A DNA stretch of 26,134 nucleotides from a virus. The stretch lies in the UHGV virus genome UHGV-1624389. One strand, given 5' to 3'. This document shows, one piece after another, positions 18,245-25,434 of the stretch (positions within the stretch are counted from its first letter, which is position 1; every line of letters begins with the position of its first letter). The notes below the pieces were generated by a model. It was not told the DNA's origin, made no database searches, and was given only the letters and a program-made list of their open reading frames with translations. The translations under genes were made by a program, and so were the position numbers.

Positions 18245-18265
18245 TCCAAGCTTGGGTTAGCACTC

Positions 18266-18622
18266 TTAAACCATTCTCAGAACACCATCAATAAAACCTA
18301 AAGCAGTTTGCAATTCTTTTCTGATCGTACCATCTGAGCATTTCTGCTTCTTTGCAATTGTACGGAGCGAAACCCCAATAACAAAATGTGCGATTATCAG
18401 CTCATATTCTTCAGGCCTATATTTACGCAACCGAGCCACACAACTGTCTATCATAATGCCTTCGTCATCATCACACTGAATCCGGGACTTTTTGCCATGA
18501 GGTAAAAGCCCCTTGAAGCCAGCGGCTACCGGTTGCCAGTCCACTCCGCTATTGTCTGAAGCAGCCCAAGCTCCCCAACGATCCATCACTTCATACATAT
18601 CACGCATCAACTTTCTCCACAA
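18266..18622 (-). CDS. Q: Late-gene antiterminator Q (phage antitermination Q family)
   Basis: 118 aa: ...RWGAWAA...AAGFKGL...QCDDD...ARL.K...CSDG.I...LQ.A.G.I.G.L, a pattern matching remembered Q proteins of lambdoid/Stx-type phages. Sits upstream of the lysis cassette. Confidence 0.75.
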   Translation of the reverse strand: MWRKLMRDMYEVMDRWGAWAASDNSGVDWQPVAAGFKGLLPHGKKSRIQCDDDEGIMIDSCVARLRKYRPEEYELIIAHFVIGVSLRTIAKKQKCSDGTIRKELQTALGFIDGVLRMV

Positions 18623-18624
18623 AA

Positions 18625-19620
18625 TCAGGCCAGTACGCCTATTGCCAGCGCACGATCGATAAAACGAAATATCAGCTCCAACTGGGAGCCATACATCTCT
18701 TCAAATGCCACGGTATCCGCATGCAGCTCGTCGTGATGCTTTCTGCACAAAGGCAACACAAAGAGGTCATGCGCTTTTGTACCCATTCCCCCCTGACCGT
18801 GGCCTATCAGGTGGTGGGGATCATCAGCAAGCTTTCCACAACATGCACACGGCTGTGTCTTAACCCAGCGCGTGTACTTTTCATTAACCCAGCGGCGACG
18901 TTTTGGGCGTAACATAAAAGACTCCGGCGACTCCGGATCCACTTTCAGCGCCAGCACCTTTTTCGCTTTATCCTGGATAATGCTGGTGGCAGGAACCGAA
19001 GGAACAAGGTCACTCTCCCGGGTGACAGACGGCACAACAGGCTTCGGTAATCTCAGTGCCTTACGGGCTGCACTTTCCGGTAAGGCATCCGCCAGGTCAT
19101 TACGAACCAGCCACCAGCACAGTTCCGGCATTGTCACAACGTGACTGTCATCAAAACCGAGATCACGGCGCACAACAGACAACACCCAGCGGGCACAGTT
19201 ATCCGTTGCCATTGATTCCAGCCGTTCCGTGAACTGATCGCGCAGCTGGTTATCGCAGTGCCAGCACAGACGGATTGCGCCCGGAGCGTGTCGCATTGTG
19301 GTCATGTTCTCGCTGTGCCAGTCGGAATGAGGCCACTGGCAGCCTTTTTCACGAAGTAACCAGCTTTCAAGACATTCCACGCCACCAGCACGACGGATCA
19401 CAGCCTCATTGCGGAACACGGCCCGAACGGCAGGATCATCCGCCAGCGGTTGTGATGCCGCCGGAACGGCACCACTGGCGAAAGATGAATAACGTTCCGG
19501 CTCAGGCTCCAGCAGGACACGCCCCTGCATAAACAGGGGCATCAGCTCTGAACCTGGTCTGAACAATACGATCCCCATACGCGGGGCAATTTCAGGGGTC
19601 AGTAGTGCTCTCACGGTCAC
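18625..19620 (-). CDS. DUF968-type nin-region protein with C-terminal HNH-like Zn-finger motif
   Basis: 331 aa with C-terminal CACCGKLADDPHHLIGHGQGG...CRKHHDELH. The track's first residue is a GTG codon at 19620; an ATG 14 codons in (MGIVLF) is an alternative start. Confidence 0.65.
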   Translation of the reverse strand: MTVRALLTPEIAPRMGIVLFRPGSELMPLFMQGRVLLEPEPERYSSFASGAVPAASQPLADDPAVRAVFRNEAVIRRAGGVECLESWLLREKGCQWPHSDWHSENMTTMRHAPGAIRLCWHCDNQLRDQFTERLESMATDNCARWVLSVVRRDLGFDDSHVVTMPELCWWLVRNDLADALPESAARKALRLPKPVVPSVTRESDLVPSVPATSIIQDKAKKVLALKVDPESPESFMLRPKRRRWVNEKYTRWVKTQPCACCGKLADDPHHLIGHGQGGMGTKAHDLFVLPLCRKHHDELHADTVAFEEMYGSQLELIFRFIDRALAIGVLA

Positions 19621-19621
19621 C

Positions 19622-20419
19622 TCAATGAACGGTATCGAGCAGCTTTAACAGCTCAGGGAATCGGGATTCGAAGAAATGCGGCTGCGTCTCGCGCGGATTT
19701 GCGGGACTGGTGATGTTCTTGCCGAACATGCAGCCTTTCGCTGTCAGTGACCAGAATTTTTTGATGTTGTTAATCGCAGTACGGCTGTATCGTTCGCGCT
19801 GCTCGACGATCCCCAGCTTCACCATCTGGTGATATGCCTGATTAGCTGTCAGGCGGATACCATACTGCTTCAGCAGTGCACTCAGTGACAGCGTGGGGCG
19901 GCTTGAGCCATCAGGCGCGTCAGCAGGAGCATCAATGGCATAGCTCGGTGCCAGATTCGGTAAACCAACAGCCTCCTGGAGTTTCTGACAGGCACCAAGC
20001 ACTGATGAGTTAGACAGGTTTAACTCCCGGCGCATAAAGTCCAGCAGAATCACACCAGCCTGCATCTTGTCAGCAGCCTGCCCGGATAATTTTTCCGGTG
20101 CGCTGGTTACCATGTCGAAAGTACGGATCACCTTCAGATGGAATGACGGGCTGATCCACATTGCATAGGCATACACCAGTTCTTTGCAGACATACGTCCC
20201 CTGGTTATTTCCGCCACGAATAACGTTAACTGGCTCTATATTGACCGAGTTGCAAATCTGCAACTCGCTTATTAAACGTTCAGTTTGCTCATTGCGGAGC
20301 CAGAATGCAGGCTTATGCTTATCCAGAGAACCGGCAGCCCTGTGCAGATCGTTCAGGCTGTAACGCCCATAAGCATCACGACGAACTTCAATACCATCAA
20401 TGACCATCAGATTATTCAT
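19622..20419 (-). CDS. KilA-N domain protein (antirepressor-like)
   Basis: Start set at MNNLMVIDGIEV (ATG 20419..20417), preceded by AGGAG. N-terminal region ...YSLNDLHRAAG...KPAFWLRN... is typical of KilA-N domains. Confidence 0.7.
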   Translation of the reverse strand: MNNLMVIDGIEVRRDAYGRYSLNDLHRAAGSLDKHKPAFWLRNEQTERLISELQICNSVNIEPVNVIRGGNNQGTYVCKELVYAYAMWISPSFHLKVIRTFDMVTSAPEKLSGQAADKMQAGVILLDFMRRELNLSNSSVLGACQKLQEAVGLPNLAPSYAIDAPADAPDGSSRPTLSLSALLKQYGIRLTANQAYHQMVKLGIVEQRERYSRTAINNIKKFWSLTAKGCMFGKNITSPANPRETQPHFFESRFPELLKLLDTVH

Positions 20420-20438
20420 ACTTCGTTTCTCCTCTTGA

Positions 20439-20828
20439 TCAGGCGGCTGCACCCGCCGTTTTCTCGTACTTACTGATAGTGATCTCGACCTTCCCTTCCG
20501 GGATAACCGGTCCCCACTCCACCAGCATTCTTTTCACCTGACTGTCGTCTTCCCACACACCCGCGTGGGTCAGGGCGTCAAACAGCGCCTTGTTATAGTT
20601 GTCCAGATCGCGGATCCGGTTATCCGGAGGAAACAACACGATCTCCACTGAAGCAGGTGCCGACGTTGGTTTTGGCAGACGACGTAACTGCTCAACTATT
20701 GCTGCACACGCCGCGCTCTGGAATTTGCGCCCCGCCGCGCTTATCAGGCTCTTACCTGCAAACGCCCCTTTATTGGGGTGTCGCCAGTACGTGTTCACGC
20801 TGGGCGGGAAAGGCAAGATCAGCTTCAT
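20439..20828 (-). CDS. rusA: RusA-family Holliday junction resolvase
   Basis: 129 aa, MKLILPFPPSVNTYWRH...DLDNYNKALFDALTHAGVWEDDSQV..., which matches the RusA pattern (PPS.N.YYRH...DLDN...DALT.AG.W.DD.QV) from memory. Confidence 0.85.
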   Translation of the reverse strand: MKLILPFPPSVNTYWRHPNKGAFAGKSLISAAGRKFQSAACAAIVEQLRRLPKPTSAPASVEIVLFPPDNRIRDLDNYNKALFDALTHAGVWEDDSQVKRMLVEWGPVIPEGKVEITISKYEKTAGAAA

Positions 20829-21151
20829 ACTTTCAGGCCCCTCTCATGTAACCAGTGGGCTGCACGCAGCCTGGCGTTTTCCTCACCGGCAAGCAGTGAG
20901 CGGATAATCCCGACCGCCTCGCTGTCGTCGTCCTTCACCACGGTATGAAGCGTGATGCCCCGGGCCACGCCACGCTTTATCGTGATGACGCCTTTTTTCT
21001 CCAGTGCGCGAAGATGTTCTACCGCTGCATTCACTGAACGGTATCCCAGCATGGTTGCCACCTCCTGATTGGTTGGCGGGAAGCCACGTTCTTTCTGGTA
21101 AGAAATCAGCATATCCAGCACCTGCTGCTGGCATTGAGTTAACATCGTCAT
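20825..21151 (-). CDS. LexA-like DNA-binding-domain-only protein (no peptidase domain)
   Basis: 108 aa: LTQCQQQVLDMLISYQKERGFPPTNQEVATMLGYRSVNAAVEHLRALEKKGVITIKRGVARGITL parallels the LexA N-terminal winged helix (LTARQQEVFDLI...[43 protein letters not shown]). The ORF stops well before any S24 Ser/Lys domain. Confidence 0.75.
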   Translation of the reverse strand: MTMLTQCQQQVLDMLISYQKERGFPPTNQEVATMLGYRSVNAAVEHLRALEKKGVITIKRGVARGITLHTVVKDDDSEAVGIIRSLLAGEENARLRAAHWLHERGLKV

Positions 21152-21801
21152 GCCGCCATCTCCCTGACCAGTTTTTCCGCCTGCTGGCGAACCTGCGCCA
21201 GAAACGCCTCACCACATGCCTCAAGTTCATCGCGCCCGATGTAGCTGATTGCCGGTCCCTTCCAGGTCTTGTCAAAAACAGCAATAGCACCAGCGAAAAA
21301 AGCTCCTGTCGGTACCTGCTTCTCGTCTTTCGGGATAAACCAGACAGGCAGTTCAAAACCAATACGCCCGCGAATAAAAGCAATATGATCTGCATCTTCC
21401 GGCCACCACACTTCGCTGGTGGCAGCTTTGATCAGGAAAACATAGCGCCCGCCCTTATCACGCATGGCACTGGCATGTTTCATGATGTAACGCATGCCGG
21501 TGATGTATTGCCCCTCATGCTGACTGGCGCGGCTGTATGGGGGATTACCAAAGGCAGCCCCTTTAAGCTCCGCAAGACGTTCTGACCAGTCATGCGCCAG
21601 CGCGTTGTCTTCCGCAGTGTAATACGCAGCACATTTGGCGTTATCACCGTCAGTAAACAGATCCAGAACAAACGGGCCAAACAGGGTGTTAATTCCCCAG
21701 AAAATGTTGTCCGGCGTGCGCCACTGATCGCCCACTTCCTTCAGTTCATGGGCTGGTTTGTTCCGCAGTTCCACCAGCGCCTGGCAATATTTATTACTCA
21801 T
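21148..21801 (-). CDS. Phage N6-adenine DNA methyltransferase (Dam-like)
   Basis: Contains FGNPPYS (the D/NPPY/F catalytic motif). Start set at MSNKYCQ (ATG 21801..21799), which overlaps the upstream stop as TAATG. Confidence 0.75.
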   Translation of the reverse strand: MSNKYCQALVELRNKPAHELKEVGDQWRTPDNIFWGINTLFGPFVLDLFTDGDNAKCAAYYTAEDNALAHDWSERLAELKGAAFGNPPYSRASQHEGQYITGMRYIMKHASAMRDKGGRYVFLIKAATSEVWWPEDADHIAFIRGRIGFELPVWFIPKDEKQVPTGAFFAGAIAVFDKTWKGPAISYIGRDELEACGEAFLAQVRQQAEKLVREMAA

Positions 21802-22289
21802 TAAGCCCCCACGTAATTCCCTGACAGATACCACTCTTCACCCGATGCAGCGCGCTTGCTGCTTTTCCGTAAGCACCGCTCACGACGCGCCAGAAAATTG
21901 TTTCGTTCTGGCTGGGAGTGGCTTTCACGGAATGCCGCCATCCACACGGTTGCAGCACGACGGTATAAGCCCCTGGACTCCAGTTCTTCAGCCTGGCGGG
22001 TCAGGCACAAAATCACCCGTGGATCGTTAGTGCCGACATAGAAATTGCGCACAGGTCTGGTTTCTCGAACTGGTTGTGGTTCCGGTTCCTGCGCTCTCTC
22101 AGTCAGGCGCGGGAAATGTCTGCGTGTATCTCCTTCACAACGGTGAGCCACACGCCCACTCTGACGTAACTTGCTTGCTGACTGCAGAACGCGCTGCCGT
22201 GAGTAACCTGCAAAAGCATCCGCAATGTCTCCGGAAGTACATCCCGGATGGGCTTCAATGAATTTCTGAACTTCATTCAAAAGACTCAT
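21801..22289 (-). CDS. Hypothetical nin-region protein (possible winged-helix N-terminus)
   Basis: ATG at 22289..22287 (MSLLNEVQKFIEAHPGCTSGDIADAF...), 2 nt after the O-like stop. Arg-rich C-terminal half. Not a recognisable DnaC- or P-type helicase loader. Confidence 0.45.
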   Translation of the reverse strand: MSLLNEVQKFIEAHPGCTSGDIADAFAGYSRQRVLQSASKLRQSGRVAHRCEGDTRRHFPRLTERAQEPEPQPVRETRPVRNFYVGTNDPRVILCLTRQAEELESRGLYRRAATVWMAAFRESHSQPERNNFLARRERCLRKSSKRAASGEEWYLSGNYVGA

Positions 22290-22291
22290 GA

Positions 22292-23233
22292 TCACCCCCT
22301 GAATCCTGCCGGGATCTGGCTGTAGTCCACGTTGTCGTAACTGGATTTGAAGTACGGGTCTTCGCGTTTTTCGGTGTACGTGCTGACGGACGGTGATAAG
22401 CGCAGGGAAAGCTCATCCCATTTTTCCCGCAACTTCGACGGGCTGAGCACGTTACGGCACCAGAACGGATCGCGGCTGACGCGGCTGTACATCTCGCAGA
22501 TTTGTTTGTGAGTACGACCATCCTGCACACACATCAGGCGAATTTCGTTTGCCCAGGCTGTCCAGTTCGGTTCTTTGGGACGAACCACCTCGCCGTCACA
22601 TTCGGCGGCTTGCTCGTACAGGGCGATGATTTTTTTCCAGAGCCACTGTGCGCAGGTCAAATCATCCTGCGTTCCCCACTGGCGCTTTTTAGGGCTGAAT
22701 ACAACCGCATCAGGATGGCGAGTTAAAAAATCCTGTTCATCCGTCTGCGTGTCCGGTTGCGAAGCGTCCGGACGAGAAGGTTTTTTATCTGACGGATCAT
22801 GTTTTGATTTTACTGACGGATCCCCGCCAGATTCTGACGGGTGAAAACCCGCTTTTTTGCCAGATTTCGACGCATCAAATTTTGACGGGTCAGATTTTGA
22901 TGCGTCAGATTTTGACGGGTCAGAATCTGACAGTTGAGAAAATGCCGCTGCCTGAAGCTTCGCAACGTTAAGCTGATAAACATTCGACGCATTGCGGTTA
23001 CCCTGGCGACGCGCCTTACGCGTTAACCAGCCTTCTGCTTCCAGCCGTGCGATAGCCGTCCTGACGGTACTCATCCCCGCGCCAATCTGACGGGCAATAG
23101 TTTCAATTGATGGCCAGCACACACCTTCGTCATTACTGAAATCAGCCAGGCGGGCCATAATTGCCACGCTGGATAATTTCATGCCTGATGCAGCGCAACC
23201 ATCCCATACATAGCCGGTTAATTTAGTGCTCAT
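22292..23233 (-). CDS. Replication initiation protein (lambda O-like, N-terminal HTH, iterons embedded)
   Basis: 313 aa with an N-terminal HTH-like region (SIETIARQIGAGMSTVRTAIARLEAEGWL), a central DPSKSDASKSDPSKFDASKSG repeat encoded by 15-bp DNA repeats, and a conserved-looking C-terminal domain. Confidence 0.7.
   Translation of the reverse strand: MSTKLTGYVWDGCAASGMKLSSVAIMARLADFSNDEGVCWPSIETIARQIGAGMSTVRTAIARLEAEGWLTRKARRQGNRNASNVYQLNVAKLQAAAFSQLSDSDPSKSDASKSDPSKFDASKSGKKAGFHPSESGGDPSVKSKHDPSDKKPSRPDASQPDTQTDEQDFLTRHPDAVVFSPKKRQWGTQDDLTCAQWLWKKIIALYEQAAECDGEVVRPKEPNWTAWANEIRLMCVQDGRTHKQICEMYSRVSRDPFWCRNVLSPSKLREKWDELSLRLSPSVSTYTEKREDPYFKSSYDNVDYSQIPAGFRG
22805..22935. repeat. Iteron-like direct repeats (candidate origin of replication) inside the O-like gene
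   Basis: Seven or more copies of a motif with core TGACGG (22814, 22835, 22883, 22913; variants at 22868, 22898, 22928). Five copies are spaced at exactly 15 bp across 22861-22935. Confidence 0.6.
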
Positions 23234-23242
23234 GACCGACCT

Positions 23243-23581
23243 CTATTTCCCTGAATTTACGACGAAACTGTTCGAGCGGACTGAAGCATTCATGCTCATA
23301 ACCTTCGCGGAGGTAGATAACCCGTTGTGTTTCCGGCTCCCAACGAATGACTCTGACGAGCACTCCGTAGTGATCTTTGAACCAGCGGTTAACTTGTCGC
23401 AAAGGACTGTCTCCTTCTGCCGGTTGAAATCACCCACAGCCCACTCTGCAAAGCTGTGGGTTACAATTTCCCTGTCACCTGGTACATTCACTGCATAGCA
23501 ATATTCCACCTTCGCTTTTCCACCCGGTACAGGAAGCGCAATCAGTTGCGAGCGACGGTAGTGTGTTGTTAAACTGTTCAT
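23243..23581 (-). CDS. Hypothetical protein with ambiguous reading frame in its 3' half
   Basis: ATG at 23581 has a good SD (GGAGA, 9 nt upstream). The N-terminal half looks protein-like, the C-terminal half is Ser-rich and low-complexity, and an alternative frame (TTG at 23402 to 23223) reads more like a real protein. See findings. Confidence 0.3.
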   Translation of the reverse strand: MNSLTTHYRRSQLIALPVPGGKAKVEYCYAVNVPGDREIVTHSFAEWAVGDFNRQKETVLCDKLTAGSKITTECSSESFVGSRKHNGLSTSAKVMSMNASVRSNSFVVNSGK

Positions 23582-24147
23582 GCGTTAGTTTCTCCACAAC
23601 CAGAAGCAATCGACGCCACGACGCCCGGAGCTGCACACTCGCGGGCGTCATTACTTTCTGAAATGCAAAAAATTTTGTAGACAAGTGCTGCATGCTCCTG
23701 CAGCTTCGAAATTGAGAGATACAGCTCGTCGTTAATTGCTGTCTTCTCATGCGGTTCCACTACGCCGTCTTCGATTGCTGAACGAATCTGTTTTGAATAA
23801 CTGCCGATCTGTTCAATGACTTCCAGCAGACGCTGGTTAATATCGGCGTTGTCCACATCCTCGACGTCAGGAAGAGACACAAAGACGCCATTTGCAGACT
23901 GCGCCACAGCATCAGCAATGAAGTGAGTGCCACCAGCACGCTGTAAAACCATTGCCCATCCCAGCGGGAAAATCTGATCGCCATCTGCACGAAGGCGGTT
24001 GAATAAAGCGTTCTCTGTTACATCCAGCCAGTCAGCGGCTTCAGCGTAACCCCCCGGCAACGCCGCGATAGTTTTTCTGACAGCTTTCACGTACCACTCA
24101 GGCTGTTTTTCTATTTTCCAGTGATGCTTACCCACGGTTAGCCTCAT
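23578..24147 (-). CDS. CII-position regulatory protein (YdaT-like, putative)
   Basis: 189-aa ORF immediately downstream of the cro-like gene, in the position held by cII / YdaT in lambdoid prophages. No motif positively recognised. Confidence 0.45.
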   Translation of the reverse strand: MRLTVGKHHWKIEKQPEWYVKAVRKTIAALPGGYAEAADWLDVTENALFNRLRADGDQIFPLGWAMVLQRAGGTHFIADAVAQSANGVFVSLPDVEDVDNADINQRLLEVIEQIGSYSKQIRSAIEDGVVEPHEKTAINDELYLSISKLQEHAALVYKIFCISESNDARECAAPGVVASIASGCGETNA

Positions 24148-24178
24148 CGTTCTGTGGTTAAAAATTGAAAGTGTTCTG

Positions 24179-24379
24179 CTAATCTTTCGGATAGATATCC
24201 GGTCTTAAGTCAGATTTCGTAATTGCACCTGACGTGCATTGCTCAAGTTTTTTAGCCAGCACAAAACTGGCTTTTTTATAGCCATTGAAAACCAGCCGTA
24301 AGTAGCCAGGTGTTGAGCCAACTTTTCCGGCCAACTCGCCCTGCTGTTCTTTGGTTAAAGAGTCCCAATACGCTTTCAT
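24179..24379 (-). CDS. cro: Cro-like HTH repressor (YdaS-like)
   Basis: 66 aa from ATG 24379..24377 (MKAYWDSLTKEQQGELAGKVGSTPGYLRLVFNGYKKASF...), preceded by GGAGG. Divergent from cI across an operator-rich spacer. The longer 167-aa track ORF would overlap cI and is rejected. Confidence 0.65.
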   Translation of the reverse strand: MKAYWDSLTKEQQGELAGKVGSTPGYLRLVFNGYKKASFVLAKKLEQCTSGAITKSDLRPDIYPKD

Positions 24380-24385
24380 ACAATA

Positions 24386-24454
24386 TGTACCTCCGGTGTA
24401 CATATTACATGATTGAAATGAACCTTCAAGATACTTGTACCTTAACGGTACAAG
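24386..24454. promoter_or_regulatory. Operator region with divergent pR-like and pRM-like promoters
   Basis: Inverted repeats with GTAC cores: TGTACCTCCGGTGTACA (24386-24402) and CTTGTACC-TTAAC-GGTACAAG (24434-24454). Minus strand carries TTGAAG, 16-bp spacer, TAATAT for cro. Plus strand carries TTGTAC (24435-24440), 17-bp spacer, TTTAAT (24458-24463), placing the start near the cI ATG. Confidence 0.55.
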
Positions 24455-24469
24455 GGTTTTAATTTCGTT

Positions 24470-25144
24470 ATGAAAACAATCCATGACATCCGGCGGTCTA
24501 ACGCCAGAAAACTGAGAGATGGTGTTGGCGGGAATTCTTCCTTTGCCACTATGATTGATCGCGAGCCAACCCAGACCAGCAGGTTTATGGGAGATGGTGC
24601 TACTAAAAATATCGGTGACAGCATGGCACGACACATCGAAAAATGTTTCGACCTGCCTGTCGGATGGCTCGATCAAGAACACCAGACAACGAACATCACA
24701 AAAAAACCTGATGTTTCAATCACTAATAAACAAATCACATTAGTCCCTGTCATATCATGGGTACAGGCCGGAGCATGGAAAGAAGTTGGATATTCTGAGG
24801 TTGATTTGAGCACAGCAGAAACGTATCCCTGCCCTGTACCCTGTGGGGAAATGACTTATATCTTGCGGGTGATAGGTGATTCAATGATTGATGAGTACCG
24901 CCCGGGAGACATGATTTTTGTCGATCCTGAAGTACCTGCCTGCCACGGTGACGACGTTATTGCATTGATGCACGATACAGGCGAAACCACCTTCAAAAGG
25001 TTGATAGAAGATGGGACACAGCGTTATCTCAAAGCGTTAAACCCAAACTGGCCTGAGCCTTACATTAAGATCAACGGTAATTGCTCTATAATTGGTACAG
25101 TGATTTTCTCAGGAAAACCAAGAAGATACAAAATCAAAGCCTAA
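24470..25144 (+). CDS. cI: CI-like repressor (HTH plus S24 LexA-like autopeptidase domain)
   Basis: 224 aa with a C-terminal ...VIGDSMIDEYRPGDMIFVDP...TFKRL... segment (Ser in GDSM, Lys in FKRL) typical of the S24 fold. Divergent from cro. Confidence 0.85.
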   Translation: MKTIHDIRRSNARKLRDGVGGNSSFATMIDREPTQTSRFMGDGATKNIGDSMARHIEKCFDLPVGWLDQEHQTTNITKKPDVSITNKQITLVPVISWVQAGAWKEVGYSEVDLSTAETYPCPVPCGEMTYILRVIGDSMIDEYRPGDMIFVDPEVPACHGDDVIALMHDTGETTFKRLIEDGTQRYLKALNPNWPEPYIKINGNCSIIGTVIFSGKPRRYKIKA

Positions 25145-25156
25145 TCAATGTTTATG

Positions 25157-25179
25157 AACCTGCTTCGGCAGGTTTTTTT
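25157..25179 (+). terminator. Intrinsic terminator downstream of cI
   Basis: AACCTGC-TTCG-GCAGGTT followed by TTTTTTT. Confidence 0.7.
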
Positions 25180-25183
25180 ATAC

Positions 25184-25216
25184 TTGACAATGTACCTTTG
25201 AGATACATAATGTACC
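25184..25216 (+). promoter_or_regulatory. pL-like promoter with GTAC operator repeats
   Basis: TTGACA (25184-25189), 16-bp spacer, CATAAT (25206-25211). AATGTACC is repeated at 25189-25196 and 25209-25216, overlapping the promoter. Confidence 0.55.
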
Positions 25217-25321
25217 CAAGCGAAACAACGAACAGGCAGGACGCCCACGAAGTAGCCGCCTGGGGCATATGAAGTCCAGGATGATTCGTTAGCAACAAAA
25301 AAGCGCCCTACAGGACGCTTA

Positions 25322-25333
25322 GCTCTTTAACAA
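25322..25333 (+). promoter_or_regulatory. BoxA-like element (nutL-like)
   Basis: GCTCTTTAACAA matches the boxA consensus (C/T)GCTCTTTAACAA in 12 positions. It lies about 110 nt downstream of the pL-like promoter. Confidence 0.45.
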
Positions 25334-25434
25334 TCTGGTCCCCATCAACAAGTAACTGATAACTTGAGGAGATGTGAAATGCACAAAACAGAACCCAAAA
25401 TCGTCGCGCCTGGCTACACAGATGAGGAAATTTA

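Noticed and set aside
20883-21395. 170-aa minus-strand ORF overlapping the LexA-like and methyltransferase genes
   Set aside because: Arg-rich off-frame translation. The two in-frame genes carry recognisable motifs (LexA winged helix, NPPY).
22805-22935. Possible CRISPR array suggested by the short direct repeats
   Set aside because: The repeats are 15 bp, degenerate, have no spacer structure and lie inside a coding sequence. They fit origin iterons or a protein linker repeat.
24179-24682. 167-aa minus-strand ORF spanning the operator region and the first 200 bp of cI
   Set aside because: It would cover the divergent promoter/operator spacer and overlap cI. The internal ATG at 24379 with a GGAGG site gives a 66-aa cro-sized protein instead.
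25297-25320. Imperfect hairpin AAAAAAGCGCCCTACAGGACGCTT as a boxB element or minus-strand terminator
   Set aside because: The stem is imperfect and it lies upstream, not downstream, of the boxA-like sequence. Noted but not called.
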